Source of the DNA: an uncultured Verrucomicrobiae bacterium
GTDB taxonomy: Bacteria > Verrucomicrobiota > Verrucomicrobiia > Palsa-1439
Assembly: GCA_963812605.1 (NCBI GenBank)
Contig: CAWEWF010000001.1
Location: 355,580-419,579 of the forward strand
Direction of reading: 5' to 3'
DNA length: 64,000 nt
Shown: piece after piece, positions 20,325-29,516 of the stretch
Layout of the letters: every line of letters starts with the position of its first letter
Position numbering within the stretch: the first letter of the stretch is position 1
Notes under the pieces: generated by a model
Database searches by the model: none
What the model was told of the DNA's origin: nothing
The model's input: the letters and a program-made list of their open reading frames with translations, nothing else
Program-made: the position numbers and the translations under genes

Positions 20325-21478
20325 CGCACGACACCTTTCGCGAGATGCTTCCGCTCTACGTCATCGGCGCGCTGGATGGCGACGAATTGTATCATTTTGA
20401 GCGCTACGTGGCCGAGAACCGCGAGCTCTGCCGGGCCGAGGTTGCGGAATACCAGGCCATTGCCGACCAAATGGCGCTGGCCGCTCCGTCCGTGCAGCCG
20501 TCGTCCTCGGTGTACAGTCACATCCTGGCGGCAATCGAGGAAAAGAAACAGCCGCTGGAAGCGCCGGCGCCCGCCCCGGTGGCGGGACCTACTCGTGTCC
20601 CTGTGCGCGTGCCAGTGGCCGCCCCGGCGTCCACGCCCGCGGCTTCTGTCGCACCCACACCGGTTGTCAAACCCCGCGAGCGCGAGGGTTTCAATCTCGG
20701 CGCGCTCATCCTCCGTGGGATCCCCTGGGCGGTCGCCGCCGTATTGGCGATCCTGTTGATCGGCGTCAACGGCCAACTTCGCGAGATGACGCGTTTGCAC
20801 CAGGCGATGACGGAAGAGTACAACAACCTTCTTGCCAAAAATGACGAGCAACATGGCGGCCTTACCAATCTTGCCGCCCGCCTCGATATCCAGACCCGGG
20901 AGTACACCGCGCAGGTGCAGCAGCTTCAGGAACAAATCGAGAAGCTTCGCGTCCAGAACGACGAGCAACAGCAGAATCTGAAAACCTTGGGCGCGGCCAA
21001 CAAGCAACTGGATATCGAAAAAATCCAGTTGCAACATGCCGCGGATCGGATGCGCGAACAACTGGAACAACAGATCCAGCAAACTGGCTTGCTCCTGAAG
21101 AAGGTCAACGAACAAACCGCCTCGCTTGACCTTCTAATGGACCCCGGAATTCGCATCGCTCCACTGGTCGACCCGAAGGGAGAAGCCAGGGGGACCGCCA
21201 AGATCTATTGGCAAAGCGAGAAGAAGACGGGACTCATGGTCGTCTCCAATCTCGCGCCGGTCGTTGAAGGGCGGGGGAAATGCCTCGAGATTTGGGCGAT
21301 CTGCGGCACCGAACCGCCCGTTCCCGCGGGCGTCGGTTGGACGGACGAGTCCGGTCACGGCAATCTGCGGGTCAAGCTGGCCAGGGACATCGCCTGCATT
21401 GATAAGTTTGCCGTCACGATCGAGAAGACGGGCGGCGTACCGAGTCCGGAAGGCTCCATCATTCTCATCGGCCAGTAG
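20321..21478 (+). CDS. Anti-sigma factor (RskA-like): N-terminal anti-sigma domain, TM, coiled-coil, C-terminal anti-sigma-K domain
   Basis: ATGA overlap with the sigma gene. N-terminal LPLYVIGALDGDE motif; TM segment; Q-rich coiled coil; C-terminal KIYWQSEKKTGLMVVSNLAP...CLEIWAI pattern. Confidence 0.6.
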   Translation: MTHDTFREMLPLYVIGALDGDELYHFERYVAENRELCRAEVAEYQAIADQMALAAPSVQPSSSVYSHILAAIEEKKQPLEAPAPAPVAGPTRVPVRVPVAAPASTPAASVAPTPVVKPREREGFNLGALILRGIPWAVAAVLAILLIGVNGQLREMTRLHQAMTEEYNNLLAKNDEQHGGLTNLAARLDIQTREYTAQVQQLQEQIEKLRVQNDEQQQNLKTLGAANKQLDIEKIQLQHAADRMREQLEQQIQQTGLLLKKVNEQTASLDLLMDPGIRIAPLVDPKGEARGTAKIYWQSEKKTGLMVVSNLAPVVEGRGKCLEIWAICGTEPPVPAGVGWTDESGHGNLRVKLARDIACIDKFAVTIEKTGGVPSPEGSIILIGQ

Positions 21479-21624
21479 TTTCGCATTCCACCCCGTGGTT
21501 GCCAGAAACAACTACTTGGTAGACATCTGGTTACACGGGTGATTCAAAGTCCTTCGGAACAAAAGGCTTCCTTGGTTCGTGACGGTCGTTTTCTGGCATA
21601 AACCCTGCACTACATGGCTTCTGG

Positions 21625-22164
21625 TTGCCGTGTGAACTTATAGTCGATCAAGGAAAAAACCATATGGGCATTTTCACCGCAGCAGTTGCGTTATTCAGCA
21701 ATGGTGGCGTGGGCCAACGGGAAAGAAAGCCTCGAGGCGCCCATTCCGATGACGAAGCCGAACCGAAAGGGACGGTCCTGGTGATCGATGACGACCCGAC
21801 GTTCCTGGAGGCGATCCGGCTTCTCTTGCGCGATGCGGGATACAATGTGCTGACCTCCAGCACCGGCCCAAAGGGCCTCGACATGGTGCGTTATGCCCCC
21901 AAAGATGTGCGCCTCGTGTTGCTCGACTACAACATGCCCCGATTCAACGGTGCCGAGACGCTCGAATTCCTGCACAAGCTGAACCCGGCCCTGAAAGTCG
22001 TGGCCGTCTCCGGGTTCCGCGTCGCCGACCTTCCCGAAAGTTTCCACCGTGGCGTCGATCGACTCCTTTCCAAGCCGTTCAGCAACGATCAATTGTTGAA
22101 GACAGTGGAGGAAGTTATCGAAGGCAATTCCGTCAGCGAAGCCGCCGTTTCCGCCTCCCGCTAG
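21625..22164 (+). CDS. Response regulator, receiver domain only
   Basis: VLVIDDDPTF...VLLDYNMPRFNG...KP pattern; start codon uncertain. Confidence 0.7.
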   Translation: MPCELIVDQGKNHMGIFTAAVALFSNGGVGQRERKPRGAHSDDEAEPKGTVLVIDDDPTFLEAIRLLLRDAGYNVLTSSTGPKGLDMVRYAPKDVRLVLLDYNMPRFNGAETLEFLHKLNPALKVVAVSGFRVADLPESFHRGVDRLLSKPFSNDQLLKTVEEVIEGNSVSEAAVSASR

Positions 22165-22243
22165 CTCCTTCCATCAACCCGGATAATTTTCCTCGTCCGG
22201 GGTTGTCTCGGTAGTGTATCAGTTTGAATCAGAGGGCACGGAT

Positions 22244-22429
22244 TCAGATCAGTTTATCGGCGTAATTTGAGCGAACTCTCTTCTTCAAGAGGAACTGGGA
22301 CAATATCCCCAACGGAAAGACCAAGAACCATGCGGTTTTCTCCCACCCATACGAGATGCAGACGGTGAACAGGGCAAAATACAAGACCAAACCAATCCAA
22401 CGAATTACTCGCCAGCTAGTCGTGTTCAC
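22244..22429 (-). CDS. Small two-TM membrane protein, in a low-GC patch
   Basis: 61 aa, hydrophobic; local GC is clearly below its neighbours. Confidence 0.3.
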   Translation of the reverse strand: MNTTSWRVIRWIGLVLYFALFTVCISYGWEKTAWFLVFPLGILSQFLLKKRVRSNYADKLI

Positions 22430-22596
22430 GGATTGGAAGTTTATGGCACCCGGTCAATCAGCGCAATGATTTCCTCGACTTCCCAAACGTGGTCAGCAAT
22501 ACCGTTGTCTCTTGCAATTTCCACTTTGTTGGACTACACATCTCTTTCGAGGCGGTTTTCGACAGTTGGACTTCGTCGAAGCGAGTTGACCGAGAA

Positions 22597-24102
22597 ATGA
22601 ACCCAGAAGAAAGCGCGCGGCCACGGCATTATTGCGGGCTGTTTGGGATTTACGGACACCCGAACGCGGCGGAGCTGACCTATTACGGGTTGTACGCGCT
22701 GCAGCACCGCGGCCAGGAAAGCGCGGGAATCACGGCTTCCGACGGCATCGACCTGCGGACCTACAAGGGCATGGGGCTCGTCGGTCAGGTCTTCGACAAG
22801 AACATCCTGCGTTCCCTGCCGGGTCATCTCGCGATCGGTCATGTCCGTTACTCGACCACCGGCAGTTCCAATATCAAGAACGCCCAGCCGCTCGTGGTCG
22901 ATTGCGCGCGCGGGCAGATAGCCATCGGCCACAACGGCAATCTCACCAACGCCTCCCACCTGCGCCTCGAACTCGAAGAGCAGGGGTCGATTTTCCAGAC
23001 GACCGTCGATAGCGAAATCATCCTGCATTTGCTCGCGCGTCCATCCGACCACGACCGGGCGCATTCGCTCGAAGCGGTCATGCGCAAAATCCAGGGCGCG
23101 TACTCGCTCGTCATCATGGGCGAAGATGAACTCATCGGCGTCCGCGATCCGTTTGGCTTTCGTCCGCTGGTGTTGGGCAAACTGGCCGCGACGAAGGAAG
23201 ACGGCAGCGAGGGCGGTGTCGCCTACGTGCTGGCGAGCGAAACCTGCGCGCTCGACCTCATCCACGCCGAGTACGTGCGCGACCTCGCCCCCGGCGAGAT
23301 CGTTGTCATCAACAAGGAAGGCGTGCGCTCGGTCAATCCCTGGGCGGGTACCCAGCAGCCGCACGCGTTCTGCATTTTCGAGTACGTGTACTTTGCGCGG
23401 CCGGATAGCGACATCTTCAACAAGAACGTCGCGCAGGTCCGCATCAACCTGGGCCGCCAGTTGGCGCGCGAGCATCCCATTGAGGCGGACCTCGTGATCC
23501 CCGTGCCCGACAGCGGCAATTGGGCGGCGATGGGGTTCGCGGAGGAAAGCGGGATCGATTTTGGCAATGCTTTCGTCCGCAATCATTACGTGGGCCGCAC
23601 ATTCCTGCAGCCGACCCAGCTCATCCGCGATTTTGGCGTGCGGGTGAAACTCAACCTCATCGAGGAAATGGTCGTGGGCAAGCGCGTCGTCGTGGTGGAC
23701 GATTCGATTGTGCGCGGCACGACCGCGCGCGCGCGGGTGATCACCTTGCGCGAGGCCGGCGCGAAGGAGGTTCACATGCGCGTCAGTTGCCCGCCGCACA
23801 AATGGCCCTGCGCCTATGGCATCGATTTCCCGACGCGCAAGGAGTTGATGGCCGCGAACAATTCGCAGGAACAAATCCGCGAATTTCTCGGCGCCGATTC
23901 GCTCGGCTACCTCTCGCTGGACGGCATGATCGCCTCCACCGGCCTGCCCGCAAACGAATTCTGCGCCGCCTGTTACACCGGCAACTATCCATCCCCCGTC
24001 GAATCCGAAATGGACAAGTTCGTCATGGAACAGCGCCGCACCAAATATCGCCGCCCCGTCTCCGATTTGGTGCACGACGATACGCAGAGGCCGTTGTTAT
24101 GA
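22597..24102 (+). CDS. purF: Amidophosphoribosyltransferase
   Basis: N-terminal CGLFGI (Ntn Cys), GQESAGI, and PRTase motif VVVVDDSIVRGTT. Confidence 0.9.
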   Translation: MNPEESARPRHYCGLFGIYGHPNAAELTYYGLYALQHRGQESAGITASDGIDLRTYKGMGLVGQVFDKNILRSLPGHLAIGHVRYSTTGSSNIKNAQPLVVDCARGQIAIGHNGNLTNASHLRLELEEQGSIFQTTVDSEIILHLLARPSDHDRAHSLEAVMRKIQGAYSLVIMGEDELIGVRDPFGFRPLVLGKLAATKEDGSEGGVAYVLASETCALDLIHAEYVRDLAPGEIVVINKEGVRSVNPWAGTQQPHAFCIFEYVYFARPDSDIFNKNVAQVRINLGRQLAREHPIEADLVIPVPDSGNWAAMGFAEESGIDFGNAFVRNHYVGRTFLQPTQLIRDFGVRVKLNLIEEMVVGKRVVVVDDSIVRGTTARARVITLREAGAKEVHMRVSCPPHKWPCAYGIDFPTRKELMAANNSQEQIREFLGADSLGYLSLDGMIASTGLPANEFCAACYTGNYPSPVESEMDKFVMEQRRTKYRRPVSDLVHDDTQRPLL

Positions 24103-24368
24103 AAAGGCTTTCCTCTCGACGCACAGTCAAGAAGCCCCGCGCGTTTAGGCAGGGTGATTTCGTGACGGTTGTCAGAATTCCGCCGGGCTTGAAAGACGTA
24201 GAGGATCTTAAGACAAAACGTGTGTTCCGTAATGCCCTTGGCAAGACGTATCGCGTAGAGGGGCTTGGTGAGTTCGGCCATTTGGAATTGGCAGTTACCA
24301 AACGCGATACGATCTATATTGAACCTGAATTTGTTGTTCTCGCTAGAAAGCGTAAAAAGTTGCAGTGA
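24099..24368 (+). CDS. Small hypothetical protein (89 aa) translationally coupled between purF and purM
   Basis: ATGA overlap with the purF stop and GTGA overlap with the purM start. GC of about 47% versus about 62% in flanking genes. No recognisable motif. Confidence 0.45.
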   Translation: MKRLSSRRTVKKPRAFRQGDFVTVVRIPPGLKDVEDLKTKRVFRNALGKTYRVEGLGEFGHLELAVTKRDTIYIEPEFVVLARKRKKLQ

Positions 24369-25426
24369 ATTCTTCCAAAAGTTCCGAGGATCGATACACC
24401 CACTCAGGCGTGAACATTCATCTCGCCGACACGCTGAAGGGTGGGCTCAAGCAGAAGGTTCGTAAGACGCTGCGGCCCGAGGTGCTGGGGGCGATTGGTG
24501 GGTTCGGAGGGCTGTTTGCGCTTGATCTGAAGAAGTACAAGCGACCGGTGCTGGTGAGCAGCATGGATGGTGTTGGGACGAAACTCAAAATTGCGGTCGC
24601 GCTAAACAAGCATGACACGGTCGGGCAGGACCTTGTCAATCATTGCGTGAATGACATCGCCGCGGCCGGCGCGGAGCCCTTGTTTTTCCTGGATTACATC
24701 GGCATGGGTCAATTGGCGCCGCGAGTATTCAATCAAATTATCGATGGCCTGGTCAAGGCGTGCACGGAAGCAGGTTGCGCATTGATCGGGGGCGAGACGG
24801 CGCAAATGCCGGGCATGTATGCGGCGGGTGATTACGATTTGGTGAGCACGATCGTCGGCGTGGTTGAACGCGACCAGATCATTGACGGGTCGCGCATACG
24901 CCCGGGAGACGCGATCCTCGGCCTGGCCAGCACAGGGTTGCACACCAACGGTTATTCCCTGGCCCGGCAGATTCTTTTCGCGCAGATGCGGGTGCGGCTG
25001 GATGATTATCACAGCGGCCTCGGCTGCACGTTCGGGGAAGAACTGCTCAAGGTGCATCGCAACTACTGGCCCATCATTCGGAAAATTCGAAAATCGAAAA
25101 ATGAAATCCGAAACTCCATTCATGGGATCGCACATATCACCGGCGGCGGGTTTTATGACAACATTCCGCGGGTGTTGCCGAAGAATTGCGGCGCGGTCAT
25201 CCGCAGTGGTTCCTGGGAGGTGCTGCCGATTTTCAAACTGCTCCAGGAAGGCGGTGGGGTGACCGATGAGGAGATGCATCGTGTGTTCAACATGGGCATC
25301 GGCATGGTGTGCATCGTCGATCCGAAATCGGTGGCGGCGGTCCAGAGGGTCGCCTCGCGCGCGGGTGTGAAATCCTATCTCATCGGGGAAATCCGCAAGA
25401 GCAAGCCCGCAGTGGTCATCGAGTGA
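24365..25426 (+). CDS. purM: Phosphoribosylformylglycinamidine cyclo-ligase
   Basis: AIR synthase pattern SMDGVGTKLK...DLVNHCVNDI...HITGGG; GTG start. Confidence 0.9.
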   Translation: MNSSKSSEDRYTHSGVNIHLADTLKGGLKQKVRKTLRPEVLGAIGGFGGLFALDLKKYKRPVLVSSMDGVGTKLKIAVALNKHDTVGQDLVNHCVNDIAAAGAEPLFFLDYIGMGQLAPRVFNQIIDGLVKACTEAGCALIGGETAQMPGMYAAGDYDLVSTIVGVVERDQIIDGSRIRPGDAILGLASTGLHTNGYSLARQILFAQMRVRLDDYHSGLGCTFGEELLKVHRNYWPIIRKIRKSKNEIRNSIHGIAHITGGGFYDNIPRVLPKNCGAVIRSGSWEVLPIFKLLQEGGGVTDEEMHRVFNMGIGMVCIVDPKSVAAVQRVASRAGVKSYLIGEIRKSKPAVVIE

Positions 25427-25466
25427 TCAGCATTTCCTTTTCTGACATTCTGAACGAAGTTACGTT

Positions 25467-25946
25467 ATGAAGCGCCACGCAAAGCGCCTGCTCTGGCTCG
25501 TTGCCATCGGCGTGACCGCTTTTATGGTATTCGAGTTCGTTGTCGCGCCACACGTTGTGTATGGCGACAGCATGACGCCGACGTTGAAAACATGGGATTT
25601 TTGCCTGATGCAACGAGTGCGGCATTACGATCCTCGTCGGGGCGACATCGTGGTGTTCCGCACGGCAGACAATCCGCCATTGTATTTCGTGAAACGCGTG
25701 ATCGGTTTGCCCGGCGAGGCTGTCGCGATTGAGCACGGGGTATTCAAGATTAACGGCGCGCCATTATCTGAGCCATACACCACGATCAATCCCAACTGGC
25801 AAATGGAGCCCCTGTTGCTTCGCACGGGAAGAATTTTTGTCGTGGGCGACAACCGCGACTTCGATCTGGATGCCTACGTGAAAGGGCCCGTGGCGACCTG
25901 GCTTGTGCAAGAGCGAATGCTTTGGCATTGGAGATGGAAACGATGA
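25467..25946 (+). CDS. lepB: Signal peptidase I
   Basis: S26 motifs GDSMTPTL (Ser), VKRVIGLPGE and GDNRD. Confidence 0.8.
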   Translation: MKRHAKRLLWLVAIGVTAFMVFEFVVAPHVVYGDSMTPTLKTWDFCLMQRVRHYDPRRGDIVVFRTADNPPLYFVKRVIGLPGEAVAIEHGVFKINGAPLSEPYTTINPNWQMEPLLLRTGRIFVVGDNRDFDLDAYVKGPVATWLVQERMLWHWRWKR

Positions 25947-26401
25947 AATGGCTGTTACGAATCGTCATGGTCGGGATTGTTGCGTTCGCGCTGTGGCAGG
26001 TTTGGCAGCGGGTGTTTGTGACCGATGAAACGCGGGTCAAGAAACAGATCGCGCTCATGGAAAACGCGGTGGAAAAGGGCAAGCTGCTGCAACTCTCGGA
26101 TACGGTGGCGGCTGATTACAGCGATGACTGGGGAATGGACAAGTCCATGCTGCTGGGCGGGGTCAGTTCGTTTCGCGCCCAGTACGACGCGATCTTCATT
26201 CATCTCAGCGACCTGACCGTTACCGTCGATCCCGACCACCAAAAAGCGCAGGCCGTGTTCATTGCGAAAGTCCTCGCCAAGGCGAAGGGCAGCCTCTCGG
26301 AGAGTGAAGTCCGCGCCGAACGTTTTCGCCTGTACTTCCGCAAAAACGATGCCGGCTGGAAGCTCATCCGTGTCGAATCCCCCGAGTTGAAATTCGATTG
26401 A
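25943..26401 (+). CDS. Membrane-anchored hypothetical protein
   Basis: ATGA overlap with lepB; N-terminal TM helix; about 152 aa. Confidence 0.4.
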   Translation: MKWLLRIVMVGIVAFALWQVWQRVFVTDETRVKKQIALMENAVEKGKLLQLSDTVAADYSDDWGMDKSMLLGGVSSFRAQYDAIFIHLSDLTVTVDPDHQKAQAVFIAKVLAKAKGSLSESEVRAERFRLYFRKNDAGWKLIRVESPELKFD

Positions 26402-26435
26402 AGGTCAACCCGGCATCCGTTACCCTCAGCAGGTT

Positions 26436-28007
26436 ATGGGCAGAATCCAACGGGCGCTCATCAGCGTCTCGGACAAGGCCGGACTGGTTGATTTTGCGAA
26501 GGGATTGCAGGCGTTTGGGGTCGAGATCGTTTCGACAGGCGGGACGGCTCGCACCCTCAAGGACGCCGGCATTCCGGTCGTCGAAATCAGCGAGTTCACC
26601 GGCTTTCCCGAAATGCTCGATGGCCGAGTGAAGACGTTGCATCCGAAAGTGCACGGCGCCCTGCTCTACATTCGCGGCAACGCGGAGCATGAAGCCCAGG
26701 CAGCCAAACAAGGCATCCAGCCCATCGACCTTGTGGTGGTAAACCTTTATCCATTCGAGAAGACGGTTGCCAAGCCAGGCGTTTTGCTGAATGAAGCCAT
26801 TGAGAATATTGACATCGGCGGGCCGAGTATGTTGCGCAGCGCGGCGAAGAACCACGCCAGTGTCACCGTTGTCGTCGATCCCGCCGATTATCCTGCGGTG
26901 CTCCGGGACCTGAAGGAACACGGTGGCGACACCTGCGAAATGTTCCGCTGGAAGCTGGCGGTGAAGGTTTTTGAGACGACGGCGCGGTACGACGGTGCCA
27001 TTGCCCACTACCTGCACGCCGAGCGAATGCGGGCGAAGGGGGACACGGGAAAAGGGAAAAGCGAGTTGCCCGAGACCTTGCAGTTGTCGCTGAAGAAGGC
27101 GCAAGACCTGCGTTACGGCGAGAACCCCCATCAACAGGCGGCATTGTACGGCGATTTCTTCGAGCACTTCCAGCAACGCCACGGCAAGGAGCTTTCTTAC
27201 AATAACATCCTCGACCTCACCGCGGCCGCCGAGTTGGCAATGGAATTTGAAGAACCCACGGTCGCGATCATCAAGCACACCAATCCGTGCGGAGTGGGCA
27301 GCGCGCTAACATTAGTCGAGGCGTGGGACTTGGCGTATGCGACCGACAAGCAGGCGCCCTTCGGGGGCATCATTGCAGTGAATCGCCCGCTCGACGCCGC
27401 CATCGCAACGGCCATTGCGGAGGTTTTCAGCGAGGTAATTGTCGCGCCGGAATTTGAGCCCGGCGCGCTCGCCATCCTGCAGAAGAAGAAAAATCTGCGG
27501 CTCATCAAACACTTGCGGCCGACCGCCATCGGTTTGGCGCTGCGTTCCGTCACGGGCGGATTGCTCGTCCAGGAGCGCGATACGCGGCTGGTCTCGGCAG
27601 CCGACATGAAAGTCGTTACAAAGCGCCATCCGACGCACGAGGAGCGGCATGCGATCTTGTTCGCCTGGCGGGTGGTCAAGCATGTAAAGTCCAATGCCAT
27701 CGTTTTTGCGCGGTTCGATACCCGCGGAAGTCGAACATTGGGCGTTGGCGCGGGTCAAATGAGTCGCGTGGATTCCTCGAAGATCGCCGTCTGGAAGGCC
27801 CGGGAAGCCGGGCTCGATCTCGGCGGCAGCGTGGTCGCCAGCGACGCTTTTTTCCCGTTCCCCGACGGGGTGATCGCGGCAGCCGAGGCGGGGGCGACAG
27901 CAGTCATCCAGCCGGGTGGCAGCATCCGCGACGCCGAGGTGATTGCGGCGGCGGACGAACGCAACATGGCGATGGTATTTACCGGAATCCGGCATTTCCG
28001 GCATTAA
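26436..28007 (+). CDS. purH: Bifunctional AICAR transformylase / IMP cyclohydrolase
   Basis: MGS-like N-terminus ([18 protein letters not shown]...STGGTA) and AICARFT C-terminal domain; 523 aa. Confidence 0.9.
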   Translation: MGRIQRALISVSDKAGLVDFAKGLQAFGVEIVSTGGTARTLKDAGIPVVEISEFTGFPEMLDGRVKTLHPKVHGALLYIRGNAEHEAQAAKQGIQPIDLVVVNLYPFEKTVAKPGVLLNEAIENIDIGGPSMLRSAAKNHASVTVVVDPADYPAVLRDLKEHGGDTCEMFRWKLAVKVFETTARYDGAIAHYLHAERMRAKGDTGKGKSELPETLQLSLKKAQDLRYGENPHQQAALYGDFFEHFQQRHGKELSYNNILDLTAAAELAMEFEEPTVAIIKHTNPCGVGSALTLVEAWDLAYATDKQAPFGGIIAVNRPLDAAIATAIAEVFSEVIVAPEFEPGALAILQKKKNLRLIKHLRPTAIGLALRSVTGGLLVQERDTRLVSAADMKVVTKRHPTHEERHAILFAWRVVKHVKSNAIVFARFDTRGSRTLGVGAGQMSRVDSSKIAVWKAREAGLDLGGSVVASDAFFPFPDGVIAAAEAGATAVIQPGGSIRDAEVIAAADERNMAMVFTGIRHFRH

Positions 28008-28025
28008 GACGGGCAAGGAACGATT

Positions 28026-28493
28026 ATGGAACGAGCACCGACGCGGGCGAAAATCCTGGTGGTGGACGATGAAGCGCCGATTCGCGAATACGAAAGCGGC
28101 TTGCTGGCGGAATTGGGGCACGAGGTGATCACCGCCGGTGATGGCGCTGCCGCCTTGCAAGTGGCGCGGGAGCAGCAGCCCGATTTGTTGCTCCTGGACA
28201 TCATGATGCCCGAGATGTCCGGCATCGAGGTGTGCCAGCAGTTGCGCGCGGATCCGCGCACGCGGCACATTCGCATTATTGTCGTGTCGGGATTGGACTC
28301 GAAGCGGGCGATGGAAGAGAGTATCATCGCGGGCGCTGACGATTTTCTGGCGAAACCAATCCACGCGCTGGAACTAATGGTGCGGGTGCGCTCGATCCTG
28401 CGGGTGCGCCACATTGTGGACGAAGAGAAACGGCTCGAAGCCTATGTCAAGAACCTCCAGGCGATGCGTCGCCTGGAGCAACCGGTCAACTAG
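28026..28493 (+). CDS. Response regulator, receiver domain only
   Basis: ILVVDDEAPI...LLLLDIMMPEMSG...KP pattern. Confidence 0.75.
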   Translation: MERAPTRAKILVVDDEAPIREYESGLLAELGHEVITAGDGAAALQVAREQQPDLLLLDIMMPEMSGIEVCQQLRADPRTRHIRIIVVSGLDSKRAMEESIIAGADDFLAKPIHALELMVRVRSILRVRHIVDEEKRLEAYVKNLQAMRRLEQPVN

Positions 28494-28524
28494 GAACCAA
28501 CGTGAATTGCATGAGCGGTGACAA

Positions 28525-29094
28525 ATGACGCCCGCGGCGACGATTAGCATTTGGCAAGGCGTCAACCGCGTGACGGACAACGCAACAGGCAGGACCATGT
28601 GGCATCGGATGCTCCACCAGTGTGGAGACGGCCTGTTTTTGTACGCGCGCCAGTTGTGCCGCAACGACGCCGATGCCGCCGACGTGGTGCAGGAGGCCTT
28701 TCTCCGCGTCTGGCACAAACACGCCAACAACGGCGTCACCGAACCGGATCTCCCGGCGCTTTGTTATTCCGCCGTGCGCTATACCGTGCTCGACCGCCAA
28801 CGAAAAGCGGCGCGACGCTGGCGGCGCGAGGTTGCCGCCGGGGAATCTTTATACGAACAGCCGCCGTTGTTTGAATCGTCCCTCGAAAAGGCCGAGGAGC
28901 AAGCCAAACTGGAGACGGCGATCCGCAAACTACCCGTCGAGCAACGGGAGGTCCTCACGCTGAAAATCTGGGGCGAACTGACCTTTCAGCAGATCGCCAC
29001 GGTGACCGACGAATCGCCCAACACGGTGGCGTCCCGCTACCGGTTGGCGCTCGCCGCGTTGCGGCAACAACTCGCGAAGGCAGGCACACCATGA
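28525..29094 (+). CDS. ECF-type RNA polymerase sigma factor
   Basis: Region 2 DVVQEAFLRVW and region 4 LPVEQREVLTLKIWGELTFQQIATV patterns. Confidence 0.75.
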   Translation: MTPAATISIWQGVNRVTDNATGRTMWHRMLHQCGDGLFLYARQLCRNDADAADVVQEAFLRVWHKHANNGVTEPDLPALCYSAVRYTVLDRQRKAARRWRREVAAGESLYEQPPLFESSLEKAEEQAKLETAIRKLPVEQREVLTLKIWGELTFQQIATVTDESPNTVASRYRLALAALRQQLAKAGTP

Positions 29095-29396
29095 GTACAC
29101 CATTCGACACATTGGAACAGCAACTTAACGCTCTTCGTCCGGCGCGTCTACCGGCAACGGCCCGGCGATCCATCTTGCACGAGATGCAACGACCGGCAAC
29201 CGGACAGGGGTGGACGTTCTGGCAGTTCGCTCACCGCACTGGTTTTCAGGTCGCAATGGCCGGCGCCCTTTCACTTATGTTATTGGTGGGCTGGCATTGG
29301 CTGTCCCCGATCCCTGCACCCGGGCTCCCACGCCAATCCGGCGACGGTCATGGCCAGCAACGGGCTGATGCCTTCGCTGGCTTATTGGGAAACTGA
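29091..29396 (+). CDS. Small membrane protein, putative cognate anti-sigma factor
   Basis: ATGA overlap with the sigma gene; one TM segment; 101 aa. Confidence 0.35.
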   Translation: MSTPFDTLEQQLNALRPARLPATARRSILHEMQRPATGQGWTFWQFAHRTGFQVAMAGALSLMLLVGWHWLSPIPAPGLPRQSGDGHGQQRADAFAGLLGN

Positions 29397-29516
29397 ACTC
29401 GCGGCGGCCTGCCCCATGGGCGAGAATACCGTTGCCGTGCTCCGTTCGCCTTCGATACTGACAAATCTTCAAATTCGCCGCTGAAGCCGCACCCGCGACA
29501 CTGACGAGTAACAATT

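Noticed and set aside
22170-22600. Possible purine or ZTP riboswitch in the AT-rich purF leader
   Set aside because: I could not match conserved riboswitch core sequences by eye. Left as a suggestion for an Infernal scan only.
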